A stretch of 63,606 nt of DNA, filler included, from Pirum gemmata (GCA_002812295.1; 19 parts of 19 records of this genome joined end to end with filler, not necessarily neighbours in it); one strand, 5' to 3'; positions 1-11,525 are shown, counted from the first letter of the whole stretch. Notes: generated by a model not told the origin, from the sequence alone. Made by a program: numbers and translations.

Positions 1-1258
1 GCAGAACAATAAGTGAACACTTTCTTTTGTTTACCCTTAGAGCGACACGAGATACATCTAAAGCAAGGTCTTGTTTTTTCTTTACCATATAAAATAGGCT
101 CGTGGGATGCTAAGAACAACCTCGTTGATAAAGTCAACAGAGAAAAAATGTTCAAAAAATAGAAAATACCCTTTCTATGAAAGTTAGGGAGGTGTAGTTT
201 GGGTTTGTGAAGTGTTTGTGACTACTATAGAGTCAGTAATATCACTACTTTATGTATCAATACCACTATTATCATCAATTATTACTAATATTATTACCAT
301 TATTATTATTACTAATATTACTATGTCTTTGTGCACGTTGCTATTACTTCATACTCTAACCCTGAAACCTTAACCCTAACCATAAAACCTTAACCCTAAC
401 CCTAAAACCTTAACCCTAACCCTAAAACCTTTACCCTAACCCTAAAACCTTTACCCTAACCCTAACTCTAACCCTAACTCTAACTCTAACAGCTCTCTAA
501 CTCTAACTCTAACTCTAACTCTAACCCTAACTCTAACCCTAACTCTAACTCTAACTGTAACTCTAACTGTAACTGTAACTCTAACTCTAACCCTTAACCC
601 TAACCTTAACCCTAACCTTAAAACCTTAACCTTAACCCTAACCTTAACCCTAACCTTAACCCTAACCTTAACCCTAACCTTAACCCTAACCTTAACCCTA
701 ACCTTAACCCTAGGCTTAACCCTAACCTTAACCCTAACCTTAACCCTAACCTTAACCCTAACCTTAACCCTAACCTTAACCCTNAATCACTTCCAGAAGA
801 GTAAGGAATATCACTACTTTCTGTATCAATACCACTATTATCATCCATATCCGCATTTAAAAAGCCACTATTGTCATTTTCATTGCTTTCTTCACTGTCA
901 TTACCCTCACTTTCTGAATTGCTATTGTTTTCTTCCAATTCAGGCTGCTCATTAAATTTGTATTTTGACTATTAGCAGTAGTAGAAGCTTCACTACTATT
1001 ATTTTTTTGCTGTTTTTGTCGTTTTTTGGAGTAACCAGTATATCCCCCAGGTGTAATACCATAGAAACATGCTTTGTCAATGTCTACTTCCTCAGTTTCG
1101 CCGTCAAAACCCATTTTGACTTTACAATAATATTTCAATTTACGTTCTACGGTCCCACTCAGCTTTCTTTCTGGGTTCAAACTCTGTTCTACACACCACT
1201 CATGAACAAAGTGTTTAGCTAAAACATAAACACGAGCACCTTTCTTAATTTTTGGCAT
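1..1258 (-). mobile_element. Internally deleted piggyBac-like transposase relic: N-terminal and acidic region fused directly to the C-terminal Cys-rich domain, interrupted by a telomeric-type tract
   Basis: ORF 1258-857 plus an acidic frame 938-785. Minus strand 215-112 reads KPKLHLPNFHRKG..FFEHFFSVDFINEVVL. It is joined to 111-1 HEPILYGKEKTRPCFRCISCRSKGKQKK, resembling the piggyBac HxP..RCxxC CRD. Confidence 0.6.
355..783. repeat. Interstitial degenerate telomere-type (CCCTAA/CCTTAA/CTCTAA)n tract
   Basis: Direct reading of the hexamer variants. Confidence 0.95.
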
Positions 1259-2376
1259 TATTTTTAACTTAATCTTTATTCAATCGCTATGAAAATATTT
1301 CAAAATTTCAAAATCATATTTTGACTTTCTGAAAAAAATAATGATAAATATAAAAAACCCCATGAATTATGAGAGAGACTAAATTGTATAAAAAAAATTT
1401 AAGAAGACACTAGTCTGTTAAATCCAAAATTGACAAGAACAACAAAATAGAAGTTCCACTCTTTCTTTTCTCGAACATTACAATTCATAACACCGTACGC
1501 GTTGAGTACTAAAACATAGTCAATTGACATCGCTAATTAAAACGCCAAATTATGATTATTCAACTACTATCCCTTACGGTAAAAGGGTAAAAAACTGAAA
1601 GCACTTAATGTTAATTACCCTTTATTGTATTAGTAGAGTAGGGTTGGTTTGTTATGCAGTTTCTTTTGATACCAGTATTATGTATGGGGTTGCTTGTGTA
1701 ATAAAATAATAAAATAATAAAATAATAAAATAATAAAATAATAAAATATGATATAATAATAATAATACAATATTATCATAAAGTAATAGTAAAATAATCC
1801 ATATTATTTTATATACTTTTTTTTATTATCATAATATCATAAAAGTTTTTTTAATTTTGCGATTAAAAAAATAATTCGGCCAGTTAGCATTAAAAAAATT
1901 TTTTAGAAGTCTAAAAAAATATGATTTCTAACTAAAGTATTTCTAATAATAGCCAAAATTCAGCACTGTTCGAAAAATATTTTCCATTTGTTCGGGTTTC
2001 TAAATGAATAAATATACTCGAATACTTAATTGTTAGCTTAAAAAATTTTCAAACTTATTTAATAATATTTTTCCATTTTTTCGAGTTTATAAATAAATAA
2101 ATATACTCGAATACTTAACTGTTAGCTTAAAATTTTCGAACTTATTAATTAATAGGCTCGAAAACTCGATTTTTAAACAAAGCAGAATTGCGAGGTTACT
2201 CTAACTCTAACCCTAGATCTAACCTAAGTTTCTTATCTACAGCTTGGCTAAAAAAGGCTAAAAAAGGCTAAAAAAGGCTAAAAAATGTTTTTTTTAATCT
2301 TCCACATCTATTGGCAATTGGTCAGTTTTGGAAAATACAAACACTGTTTATTATAATATTTATTTTTTTTTTAAAA

Positions 2377-2639
2377 CAGCCAAGCCGGATAAAACTGTAG
2401 AACTGTACACAGAAATCATTTTTTTTAGACTTCTTTTCTAAAAACCTTTAACTAAAACTTGCCAAATTATTTTTAAAAACTTTCCATTGGTTCATAATAG
2501 AGTTTTATTAGTTATATTATTTCTCAAATTTTGGGAGTACTTTTATTTTTTAAAAAAAAAAATTGGTTCATTTTGAGATTTTTTGGATTTTTTTAAAAGC
2601 TCTTATGGGTAAGTTAGCCATTTTTATCCGGTTTGGTAG
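2377..2639. mobile_element. MITE family A (~250 bp, TIR CAGCCAAGCCGGATAAAA)
   Basis: Imperfect terminal inverted repeats. The same internal sequence (ccattggttcataatagagttttatt) recurs at ~12431-12660, 16020-16222, 17715-17850, 17995-18090, 23745-23960 and 36595-36844. Confidence 0.8.
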
Positions 2640-2724
2640 TTAAAAAAAAAAAAAACCTTTACTGACAATTTAATTGGAGTAAAATTTACCATATTTAGAC
2701 ATTTTCTTGGTTAGGGTCTGTGGT

Positions 2725-2935
2725 TAGTAGGGGTGAGATATCTACCAGAACTTTTTTCGAACAGGTGCTTATCGAGCAACCTTAGTTCCGTGTTCCTTAC
2801 TAATAATAGAAGTCAAATAGCTTAAAATAGTAAATCTAATTATAGTAGGTACCAATGAAAGTAATAATATTAACATTAATAGTAATAAAAACCATAAAAT
2901 CGGAAAAGTTCCGGCAGCTGTTCAGGAATAATAAA
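2725..2935. mobile_element. MITE family B (TIR GTAGGGGTGAGAT), partial copy
   Basis: Inverted match to the full copy at 24295-24523. Partial copies at 10988-11084, 25798-25833 and 33470-33570. Confidence 0.75.
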
Positions 2936-2943
2936 NGTCTATA

Positions 2944-3079
2944 TATATATATAGTATAGTAACTAAAATTTAAGTAACTTAAAATAATATTAAATTGTTA
3001 ATCAGTAAATTTTTATTTTCTACTAACTAATTTAATATTATTTTAAGTTACTTAAATTTTAGTTACTATACTATATATA
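2944..3079. repeat. Long inverted repeat (~50-bp perfect arms, ~32-nt loop)
   Basis: tatatagtatagtaactaaaatttaagtaacttaaaataatattaaatt is followed by its reverse complement starting at 3029. Confidence 0.9.
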
Positions 3080-3180
3080 ATAAAATATTAATATACAAAT
3101 TTTAAATAATAGTTTATTTATTTTAATTTAAATTCTAATCTTTATATTTAACACACTTAATATTCACTACAACTACTACC

Positions 3181-3440
3181 ACACTGCTAACACTCTAGTT
3201 TACAACACTACTAACTATTATTCATACAACACCGCTAACATTCTTTACCATACTATAAACTATTACTACCACTACCACACTGTTAACATTCTAAATTACA
3301 ACACTACCTACTATTACAATTACAACTCTGTTAACATTCAATACCACAATTTAAACTAGTATTACTACTACCACACTGTTAACATTCTAAATAACAACAC
3401 TACCTACTATTACTTCTACAACACAGTTAGCATTCAATAT
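3181..3440 (+). repeat. Minisatellite with an exact 48-bp period (6 unit starts; 96-bp higher order)
   Basis: acactgttaacattc-like motif at 3181, 3229, 3277, 3325, 3373 and 3421. Confidence 0.85.
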
Positions 3441-4012
3441 CCCAGAAAATGTCTAAAAAAAAAAATAAAAAAAAATAAAAAAAAAAATATGCATAATGGT
3501 GTCGAGATATTCGGCCCGAAGAAAGTCCGAAGAACTTATGCGGGGTACCGGGGCAGTGTGCTGCCCCGGGGCGTTACCCATTTTTTCATATTATGTATAA
3601 TTTTATATGACAATAGAGTACTGTTACATTGTTACCAAGCTTAAGTACATTGACTAAATTAAAAAAAACGGCGAAAAGTACAATTTTATGAAAAGTTCTT
3701 TATAATATAGTAGTAATAGTCGAAGTAATAATAATAGTAGTGGTAGTAGTAGAGTGTAGTAGTAATAGTAGTAGTAGTAGTAGTAGTAGTATCAGTTTAT
3801 CATCTATAGTAATAATAATAATAATAATAATAATTAATAATAACAATAATAATAATAACAATAATAACAACAACAATAATAACAATATTAATAATAATAA
3901 TAACAATAACAACAATAACAATAATAACAATAATAACAATAATAACAATAACAATAATAATAACAATAATAATATTAATANNNNNNNNNNNNNNNNNNNN
4001 NNNNNNNNNNNN

Positions 4013-4190
4013 GTGCTTTTCCTTTATTTTATCACTCTGAATATTTATTTGGAGGGTTATAATCTTTAAATTGACATTTTTAAATCAATACATAGATAAT
4101 AAAATGTACCTAATTATATTAAATGGATTTATATTGTATTGATTTGAAACTGTTTATTGTATAATTTTATGATTACAACTGAAAAGCATG
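4013..4190. mobile_element. MITE family C (~180 bp, TIR GTGCTTTTCA, often TA-flanked; Tc1/mariner-like ends)
   Basis: gtgcttttc...gaaaagca ends. Related copies at ~8390-8550, 9403-9575, 17205-17385, 20030-20182, 20260-20430, 21206-21315, 24937-25100, 49660-50022 and 59875-59965. Confidence 0.75.
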
Positions 4191-4701
4191 ATATCGATAG
4201 TTTTTTACTGATACCGACGCCACCTACGGATAACCCTTTTTTGTCTATGATATTCTTTACCGTTATATCGTTGTTAACAGTTAATGCTTAGCTGTAATCA
4301 AAACTTTTCATATAGACTATATAGTCCTCTAACCCTAACTTAACCCTAACCCTAACCCTAACCCTAACCCTAACCCTAACCCTAACCTTAAAACCCTAAC
4401 CTAACCCTAACCCTAATCCCTAGCTAGTAGACCCTAACCCATATACCGGTAGGGACTAAATAGAAAATGTCTAAATATGGTAAAACGGCTACTTAGAAAA
4501 TGTCTAAATATGAGGAAAACACGCACAATTCTATTACTATTCTATTGCACACTGATGACACTGCACAGTAATTTGTGAGACCGTGTAGTAACAGTAATAA
4601 CTTACCAATAAATAATAAGTAATAAGTACTACTGCTAGTAATAAGTAAGAAGTAAGAAGTAACAAGTAACAAGTTGCAACATATATATTGCAATATGATA
4701 T

Positions 4702-4960
4702 GAGGTTGTTCTTCCTTGTACAAACGCAGAAGGTAAGGAGTATGATCCTAAATTCAAACCTGTAAGTTTAGGTGAGTTTTATCGCTGGATTGGGTTTTGG
4801 TGGATGATGTTGGTTGTCAGAAGGCCTGAATGTAGGTGTTATTGGGGCTCTATTAAGTCTAGTTTTCACTTCACTGCCGACTTTGGAATATGTATGACTA
4901 GAGATAGGTTCGAGGATATCTTAATTAAGCTACTTGCGATTAGACGATTATGATTTTGAA
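4702..4960 (+). mobile_element. piggyBac (DDE_Tnp_1_7) transposase fragment
   Basis: EVVLPCTNAEGKEYDPKFKPVSLGEFYRWIGFWWMMLVVRRPECRCYWGS..FGICMTRDRFEDIL, then a frameshift to YLRLDDY. This matches the piggyBac TN..E...IG..M..P...YW...M.R.RF..I...LR motif. Confidence 0.85.
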
Positions 4961-5638
4961 TACAATTTAATAATAATTAATGAATTGTAATTTTTTTTTA
5001 AGTTTTTAATTAAATGTTTTATTTATTAATAAAAGAATTTTAAAGTTATCAAGCCAATTAGTCCACCTGTAGTTTCAATTTTTTTTTAAGCTTTTAGTTA
5101 AATGTTTTATTTATTAATAAAAGAAGTTTAAATGATACATTATTCAAGTTGAATGATGCATTNNNNNNNNNNNNNNNNNNNNNNNNNNNNNNNNNNNNNN
5201 NNNNNNTTAATTAATTAANNNNNNNNNNNNNNNNNNNNNNNNNNNNNNNNNNNNNNNNNNNNTAACCCTAACCCTAACCCTAACCCTAACTCTAACCCTA
5301 ACATTCAGCCATAAACGCCTGTCAATTTACTGGTCCATGACTGGATCGAGCCTCTGGATTATCAACTAAACAGTATGCCAATGCGTCATTTAAATTTTCT
5401 GCCAAACAATTTCCAAAAGTTCCAATTTTTTGATACATATTAATTATAATTTTTATTATGGTGAGCAATTTATTTTATTAATTAAAAAAATAATTTTTGG
5501 TAAAAAGCAAAATGGTATTAACATATCTAACCCTAACCCTAACCCTAATAATATATATTGTATTTTGTTCCAGAAATATTATATGACGTACTTAGAAGTT
5601 TTTGTTTATTAATTACGGTTTATTAGTATTGTTTTTTA

Positions 5639-6847
5639 CCTTGAAAAATCCCAAAAAGTTACCTATAAAGGCCATCTACTAAAACTAAAACAACCGAGCC
5701 TATTTATTCAAGTGCGAAAAAGATAAAACTCTGAAAAAATTACATATCGTACCCATCATTTTTGTGGTGTATAAGAATTTTCATTCGAAAGAGTAGCTGC
5801 AATTGGCTAATTCGAGAAAAAGAGCAAAGAATTTAACCAATCTCAAAGTTTAATTTAAAAGGATTGAATAAATTGTCTTTATATTCATCAGTATTGTTAT
5901 TTACCTTGAAAAATCCGATCTTAAACTAAAACAACCTAGCATATTTATTCAAATACGAAAAAGATAAGAATCTGGAAAAGTTACACATCGAACCCATTTT
6001 TGCGGTGTATAAGAATTTTGATTCGCAAGAGTTGTTTGTGATTGGCTAATTCGAGCAAACGAACAAGGACTTTAACCAATCTCAAAGTCTAATTTAAAAG
6101 GATTGAATAAATTGTCTTTATATTCATCAGTATTGTTATTTACCTTGAAAAATCCGAACTTAAACTAAGACAACCGAGCCTATTTATTCGAGTCGAAAAA
6201 GATAAGAATCTGAAAAGTTACATATCGAACCCATTTTTGCGGTGTATAAGAATTTTGATTCGCAAGAGTTGTTTGTGATTGGCTAATTCGAGCAAACGAA
6301 CAAAGACTTTAATCAATCTCAAAGTCTAATTTAAAAGGATTGAATAAATTGTCTTTATATTCATCAGTATTGTTATTTACCTTGAAAAATCCGAACTTAA
6401 ACTAAGACAACCGAGCCTATTTATTCGAGTACGAAAAAGATAAGAATCTGAAAAAGTTACATATCGAACCCATTTTTGTGGTGTATAAGAATTTTGTTCG
6501 CAAGAGTTGCTTGTAATTTAACCAATCTCAAGAGTTGTTTGTGATTGGCTAATTCGAGCAAACGAACAAAGACTTTAATCAATCTCAAAGTCTAATTTAA
6601 AAGGATTGAATAAATTGTCTTTATATTCATCAGTATTGTTATTTACCTTGAAAAATCCGAACTTAAACTAAGACAACCGAGCCTATTTATTCGAGTACGA
6701 AAAAGATAAGAATCTGAAAAAGTTACATATCGAACCCATTTTTGTGGTGTATAAGAATTTTGTTCGCAAGAGTTGCTTGTAATTTAACCAATCTCAAAGT
6801 CTAATTGAAAAATCCGAACTTAAACTAAAACAACCGAGCCTATTTAT
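5639..6847 (-). repeat. Tandem array (~238-bp unit, ~5 decayed copies) of the AP-mu terminal exon end plus 3' flank
   Basis: Anchor ccttgaaaaatcc at 5639, 5904, 6143, 6380 and 6646 (variant at 6805). Each unit matches coding sequence at 6848-7035. Confidence 0.92.
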
Positions 6848-8022
6848 TCAAGTACGAAAAAGATAAGAATCTGAAAAAGTTACATATCGAACCCATTTCT
6901 GTGGTGTATAAGAATTTTGGTTCGCAAGAGTTGCTTGTAATTGGCTAATTCGAGCAGGAGAGCAAAGGTATTTACCAATCTCAAAGTCTAATTTAAAAGG
7001 GCCGAATAAATTATCTTTATAATCATTAGTGCTGTTATTTAGTTTTAATCTCAATCTTAAAATTTGTTCAGTTCCACCTTTAAAACAATTGATTGTCCAA
7101 TAAACCTTTTTGTGAAGAGAACAGGGTTAGGGCTAGGGTTAGGGTTAGGGGTAGAGGTAGAGGTAGGGGTAGGGGTAGGGGTAGGGGTAGGGTGATGGTT
7201 AAGGTTAGGGTTGGGGTTAGGGGTAAGGGTAGGGGTAGGGTTAGGATTAGGGTTAGGATTAGGGTTAGGATTAGGGTTAGGATTAGGGTTGGGGTTAGAG
7301 TTAGGGTTAAGGATAAGGTTAGGGTAAGGGTTAGGGGTAGGGGTAGGGGTAGGGGTAGGGTTAGGAGTAGGGTTAGGAGTAGGGTTAGGGTTAGGGTTAG
7401 GGTTAGGGTTAGAGTTAGAGTTAAAGTTAGAGTCAGAGTTAGAGTTAGGGTTGGGGTTAGGGTTAGGGTTAGGGTTAGGGTTAGGGTTAGGGTTAGGATT
7501 GGGGTTAGAGTTAGGGTTAAGGTTAAGGTTAGGGTAAGGGTTAGGGTTAGGGTTAGGGGTAGGAGTAGGGTTAGGAGTAGGGTCAGGGTTAGGGTTAGGG
7601 TTAGGGTTAGGGTTAGAGTTAGAGTTAGAGTTAAAGTTAAAGTCAGAGTTAGTTAGCGTTAGAGTTAGAGTTAGAGTAAAGTGTTAGTGTTAGGGTTAGA
7701 GTTAGAGTTAGAGTTAAGAGTTAGAGTTAGAGTAAGAGTTAGAGTTAGAGTTAGGGTTAAGGTTAAGGTTAGGGTTATTACTTCGTTAGTGTCGTGATCG
7801 TAGTCACAGTTGTCTTTTTCCTCACGAGTTAAAAGGTCAGCATCGCAAGCATCAGTTAAGCTTGATACAAAAAATGATAATCGAAAAAAAGTTGTCGTTT
7901 TAGTGTGGGGGAAATTTGCTTTAACTCGAATACTTAAACAAACATCGAAGTTTTTGTCATTAGCATTGTTTTCCCGGGTGATAACGACACTAAAGGGTAA
8001 TGCAAAATTATTAAGTCGATAC
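6848..8022 (-). CDS. AP4M1: Adaptor protein complex medium (mu) subunit, AP-4 mu-like; last two exons 8022-7782 and 7105-6848
   Basis: The spliced phase-0 join reads [85 protein letters not shown]. WVRYVTxSxSY is the typical mu-homology-domain C-terminus. The intron is GT-AG. Confidence 0.85.
7106..7781 (-). repeat. Spliceosomal intron composed almost entirely of degenerate telomere-type hexamers
   Basis: On the sense strand: GTAATAACCCTAACC...CCCTAACCCTGTTCTCTTCACAAAAAG. Confidence 0.85.
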
Positions 8023-10141
8023 CTATGGGTTAGGGTTTGGGTAAGGGTAAGAGTTAGGGTTAGGGTTAGGGTTTGGGTAAGGGTAAGAGTTAGGGTTAGG
8101 GTTAGGGTCAGAGTCAGGGTTAGGGTCAGGGTTAGGGTTAGGGTTAGGNNNNNNNNNNNNNNNNNNNNNNNNNNNNNNNNNNNNNNNNNNNNTTAATTAA
8201 TTAANNNNNNNNNNNNNNNNNNNNNNNNNNNNNNNNNNNNNNNNNNNNATTATTATTATTATTATTTATACAATTAAACAGTACCAAATTTTAAAGATTG
8301 AGAAGGACAACTGTAATGAAATAGACGATATAGACTATTCTGAGTTATATTCTGGTTGTTGTGTTGTTTTATTCCAGATTTTTTTTATCATGCTTTTCAT
8401 TTATTTTGTCACTCTGAATATTTATTTGGAGGGTTTTAATATTTAAATTGACATATTTTAAATCAATAAATAGATAATAAAATATACCAAATTAAATTAA
8501 ACGGATTTATATTGTATTAATTTGGTACTATTTATTGTATATTTTATGACGACAAAAAGACCCCATGAAAAATCCTAGCTATAAAAATTATTTAAAAAAT
8601 AATAGATAAAAAATCCAACACATCGACTTTTTTTCGACTCGAAAACGCGAAATTTATATATACATATATTCGAAACAAGTATTTGATGTTCGAACACAAA
8701 AACTCGAAAGACTCGAATTTCTTCAATTTATGTATGTTCGAAAAAGTATTTGATGTTCGAACACTCCCAAAAATAAGGAACCCCCCCCCATTCCTTCATA
8801 TAGTAATATATTTCGGCTCTTTTGGCAATAACAGAAATAGTCATCTATGATTAGTGTAAAATACTGATGATAGCCAATAATACCGATTTCAAATTCATGT
8901 TTTCATTTTGTGAACAATAAGACTAAACTGTGTAATTATCATACTTCATCATTGTTACTAGTATTAGATTGTATCATCAAAATGACTTCGAAATGGATTA
9001 TATAATATTTGCAATATAATTAACATATGGGTTAGGATTAGGGTTTTAACTAGGGTCAGAGGTTAGGTAAGGTGTTAGGGTGGATTAAGGTTAGGGTAGG
9101 GTTAGGATTAGGATTAAGGATTAGGGATTAGGGATTAGAGTTAGGTGTTGTAGTTAGGGGCTAGGGTTAGTCTAGGATTTAGGGGTTAGGGGTTAGGGGT
9201 TAGTGGTTAGGGGTTAGGATAAAGGGTTATTTTTACATAATGTTATTAGTATATATTAATAAGTATTATTATTGTCATATTATTTCTTATTATATTATTA
9301 TTAAAATATTACTTGCATTTATAGTTTTCCTTCTATGAATTATTTTCATGATAATTTTTTCAACATGTTATCGATACTACATTATTCTACATAGTATATA
9401 AAGTGCTTTTCAGTTGTTTTGTCATCATAAAAATTAATTAAAATACAATAAATAGTACCAAACTAATACAATATAAATCCATCATCTTATTATCTATGTA
9501 TTGATTTAAAAATGTCAATTTAAAAATATTATAACCCTCCAAATAAACATTCAGAGTGACAAAATAAATGAAAAATAATATTATGCAGTAAGACTTATTG
9601 GTGTCTACTCTACATCTTATAAGACCAAGTGTGTGTGTGTGTACTGTGTGTGTGTGTGTTTGTGGGGGGTTATTTTTTTTTAGCAATTTTTTTGGGGTTT
9701 TAAATTTGCTTTTTGTTTTTTGTTTTCCACTCTTAGAGTTTAGATTATTTATTTTTAGCTATAAGTTATAATAATCATCCATGCCCACATTTTCCCATTC
9801 AGCTTCCCATTCATTTTCCTCTTCCTAATCACCAAAATCTTGAAAGAAATCATCAGCATTAATGTCTTGTAAGTAGGTATCAGATTTTGTTGCAGTGTCC
9901 TCGTCAGTGAAATGAAGAGGTACATTTTCATGGCTTTGATAGTTCTCATTTTCAGAGTAATCTAAATATAAAAGCATATGGAGATACTGTTGCTTCAAGT
10001 TTTTCTTATTTTTCTCTCGCAGAAACGGTGGGCGTTTGTATGGAATTTTAGCAAGTTTACTAACTTTACCGCCTTTTAAATTATCATGTAAGCGAGATGG
10101 TTCGAAAAATGACCATGAATCAATAGGAGTTTTAATCAACT

Positions 10142-10795
10142 ACCCCTGCTTTAAACCAGATTATCCAAAAACAGCTTCAATCCTTGATTGTACCGAGTTT
10201 TTTATTTTTACTTCTTCCTCTCGTGAATTTCAAAGGGTTAGCTGGTCCGAGTACAAGCATCATAACACATTCAAAACTTTAGTAGCCATGTCAAGTACTA
10301 GCCATGTATATTATGTATCGCCTTGTCATGGTGGTAAAATTTCAGACAAAGATCGATGTGGATATGGATGTGGATGTGGATGTGGATGTGGATGTGGATG
10401 TGGATGTGGATGTGGATGTGGATGTGGATGTGGATGTGGATGTGGATGTGTAGCTAGATATTATAAAACTTTACGAAACCCCAGCTTTTAAAAGTGATTT
10501 GAAATCGAAGAATTAATGTCTGAAACGGTTGTGTATAACATGCCCCCAAAAGCGAAACGTGGCATACAAATGGCCGTAAGCCAAGTTAAAAGTAGCAAAA
10601 AGGTCACAAAAAGCAGAATACATGTTGAACAAATTATTCCTGATGCCAAAAAAAATCAAATCCTAAAAAAATCAAATCCTAAGTGATGAAGTAACTTTTA
10701 AATTAGGTGATAATATTATGTATTCTGACATTGTACGAGTTTGTTTTTACTTAAGTAACTTTCAAAACAGAATTGTTTCTAAGGTAGATTTGTAA
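10142..10795 (+). mobile_element. ISL2EU/Harbinger-type (DDE_Tnp_4) transposase pseudogene, interrupted by (GATGTG)n
   Basis: ILDCTEFFI..SWSEYKHHNTFKTLVAMS..VSPCHGGKISDK, then FEIEEL..NMPPK..KSRIHVEQII..DIVRVCFYLSNFQ. Contains stops and frameshifts. Confidence 0.85.
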
Positions 10796-11306
10796 CTTCA
10801 ATAATAATAAATATATAATATTATGTGTATTAATACATAATATTATGTGTATTAATTAATACATAATATTATGTATAAAAGTATATGATTTTATGTGTGT
10901 ATGTATTTCTCTACTTAAAGTTAGGATATAATAAAAATTGCCAATATTAAATATATAAACTTAAAAAAAACTTTTCATGTTTGGTTAACCGAACAGCTGC
11001 CGGAACTTTTCCGATTTTTATGGTTTTTATTACTATTAATGTTAATATTATTACTTTAATTGGTATCTACTATAATTAGGTTTANNNNNNNNNNNNNNNN
11101 NNNNNNNNNNNNNNNNNNNNNNNNNNNNTTAATTAATTAANNNNNNNNNNNNNNNNNNNNNNNNNNNNNNNNNNNNNNNNNNNNTATGATAATCAAAAAT
11201 ATTTTTGAAAAAAATAAAGGACTGAATCAGGAATTTTGCATAGCAATGTTTATAAAAGCACAGCTTTCAATTCGTTGTGTTGGTTATAAAAATAAAAATT
11301 CAAACC

Positions 11307-11525
11307 TTATTCACTATCGTCGTTTTGTAAGTATTCTTGTTCATTCGATAAATTTTGCAAAGAATTATTCAAACTTTGTAGCTGTTGTAAAGTTGTTTGT
11401 AAACAATTAATATTCCTACCAGTTTCTTGATCGTTCTGATGCTTTTCATTTTGTTCCAAAAACATTGATAATATAGAAGCACTACGCTCTTCAGAAATCT
11501 TTTGAGCACTCACTGCTTTAATCAT
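11307..11525 (-). CDS. Possible short coiled-coil ORF or terminal exon, unknown function
   Basis: MIKAVSAQKISEERSASILSMFLEQ..LQTTLQQLQSLNNSLQNLS; protein-like composition only. Confidence 0.3.
   Translation of the reverse strand: MIKAVSAQKISEERSASILSMFLEQNEKHQNDQETGRNINCLQTTLQQLQSLNNSLQNLSNEQEYLQNDDSE

Noticed and set aside
3700..4069. Poly-L/N/I/V/T/Y ORFs throughout (also 13132, 38368-38820, 43276-46714, 49118-49597, 58060)
   Set aside because: Trinucleotide to hexanucleotide microsatellites that lack stops by composition.
5163..5262. Recurrent N..TTAATTAATTAA..N motif (about 21 times)
   Set aside because: Artificial contig-joining spacer with stops in all six frames; not biological.
7093..7656. 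Arg/Val-rich 187-aa ORF and similar LGLGL/NPNP/TLTL ORFs
   Set aside because: These are translations of TTAGGG tracts; this one is antisense to an intron of the AP-mu gene.
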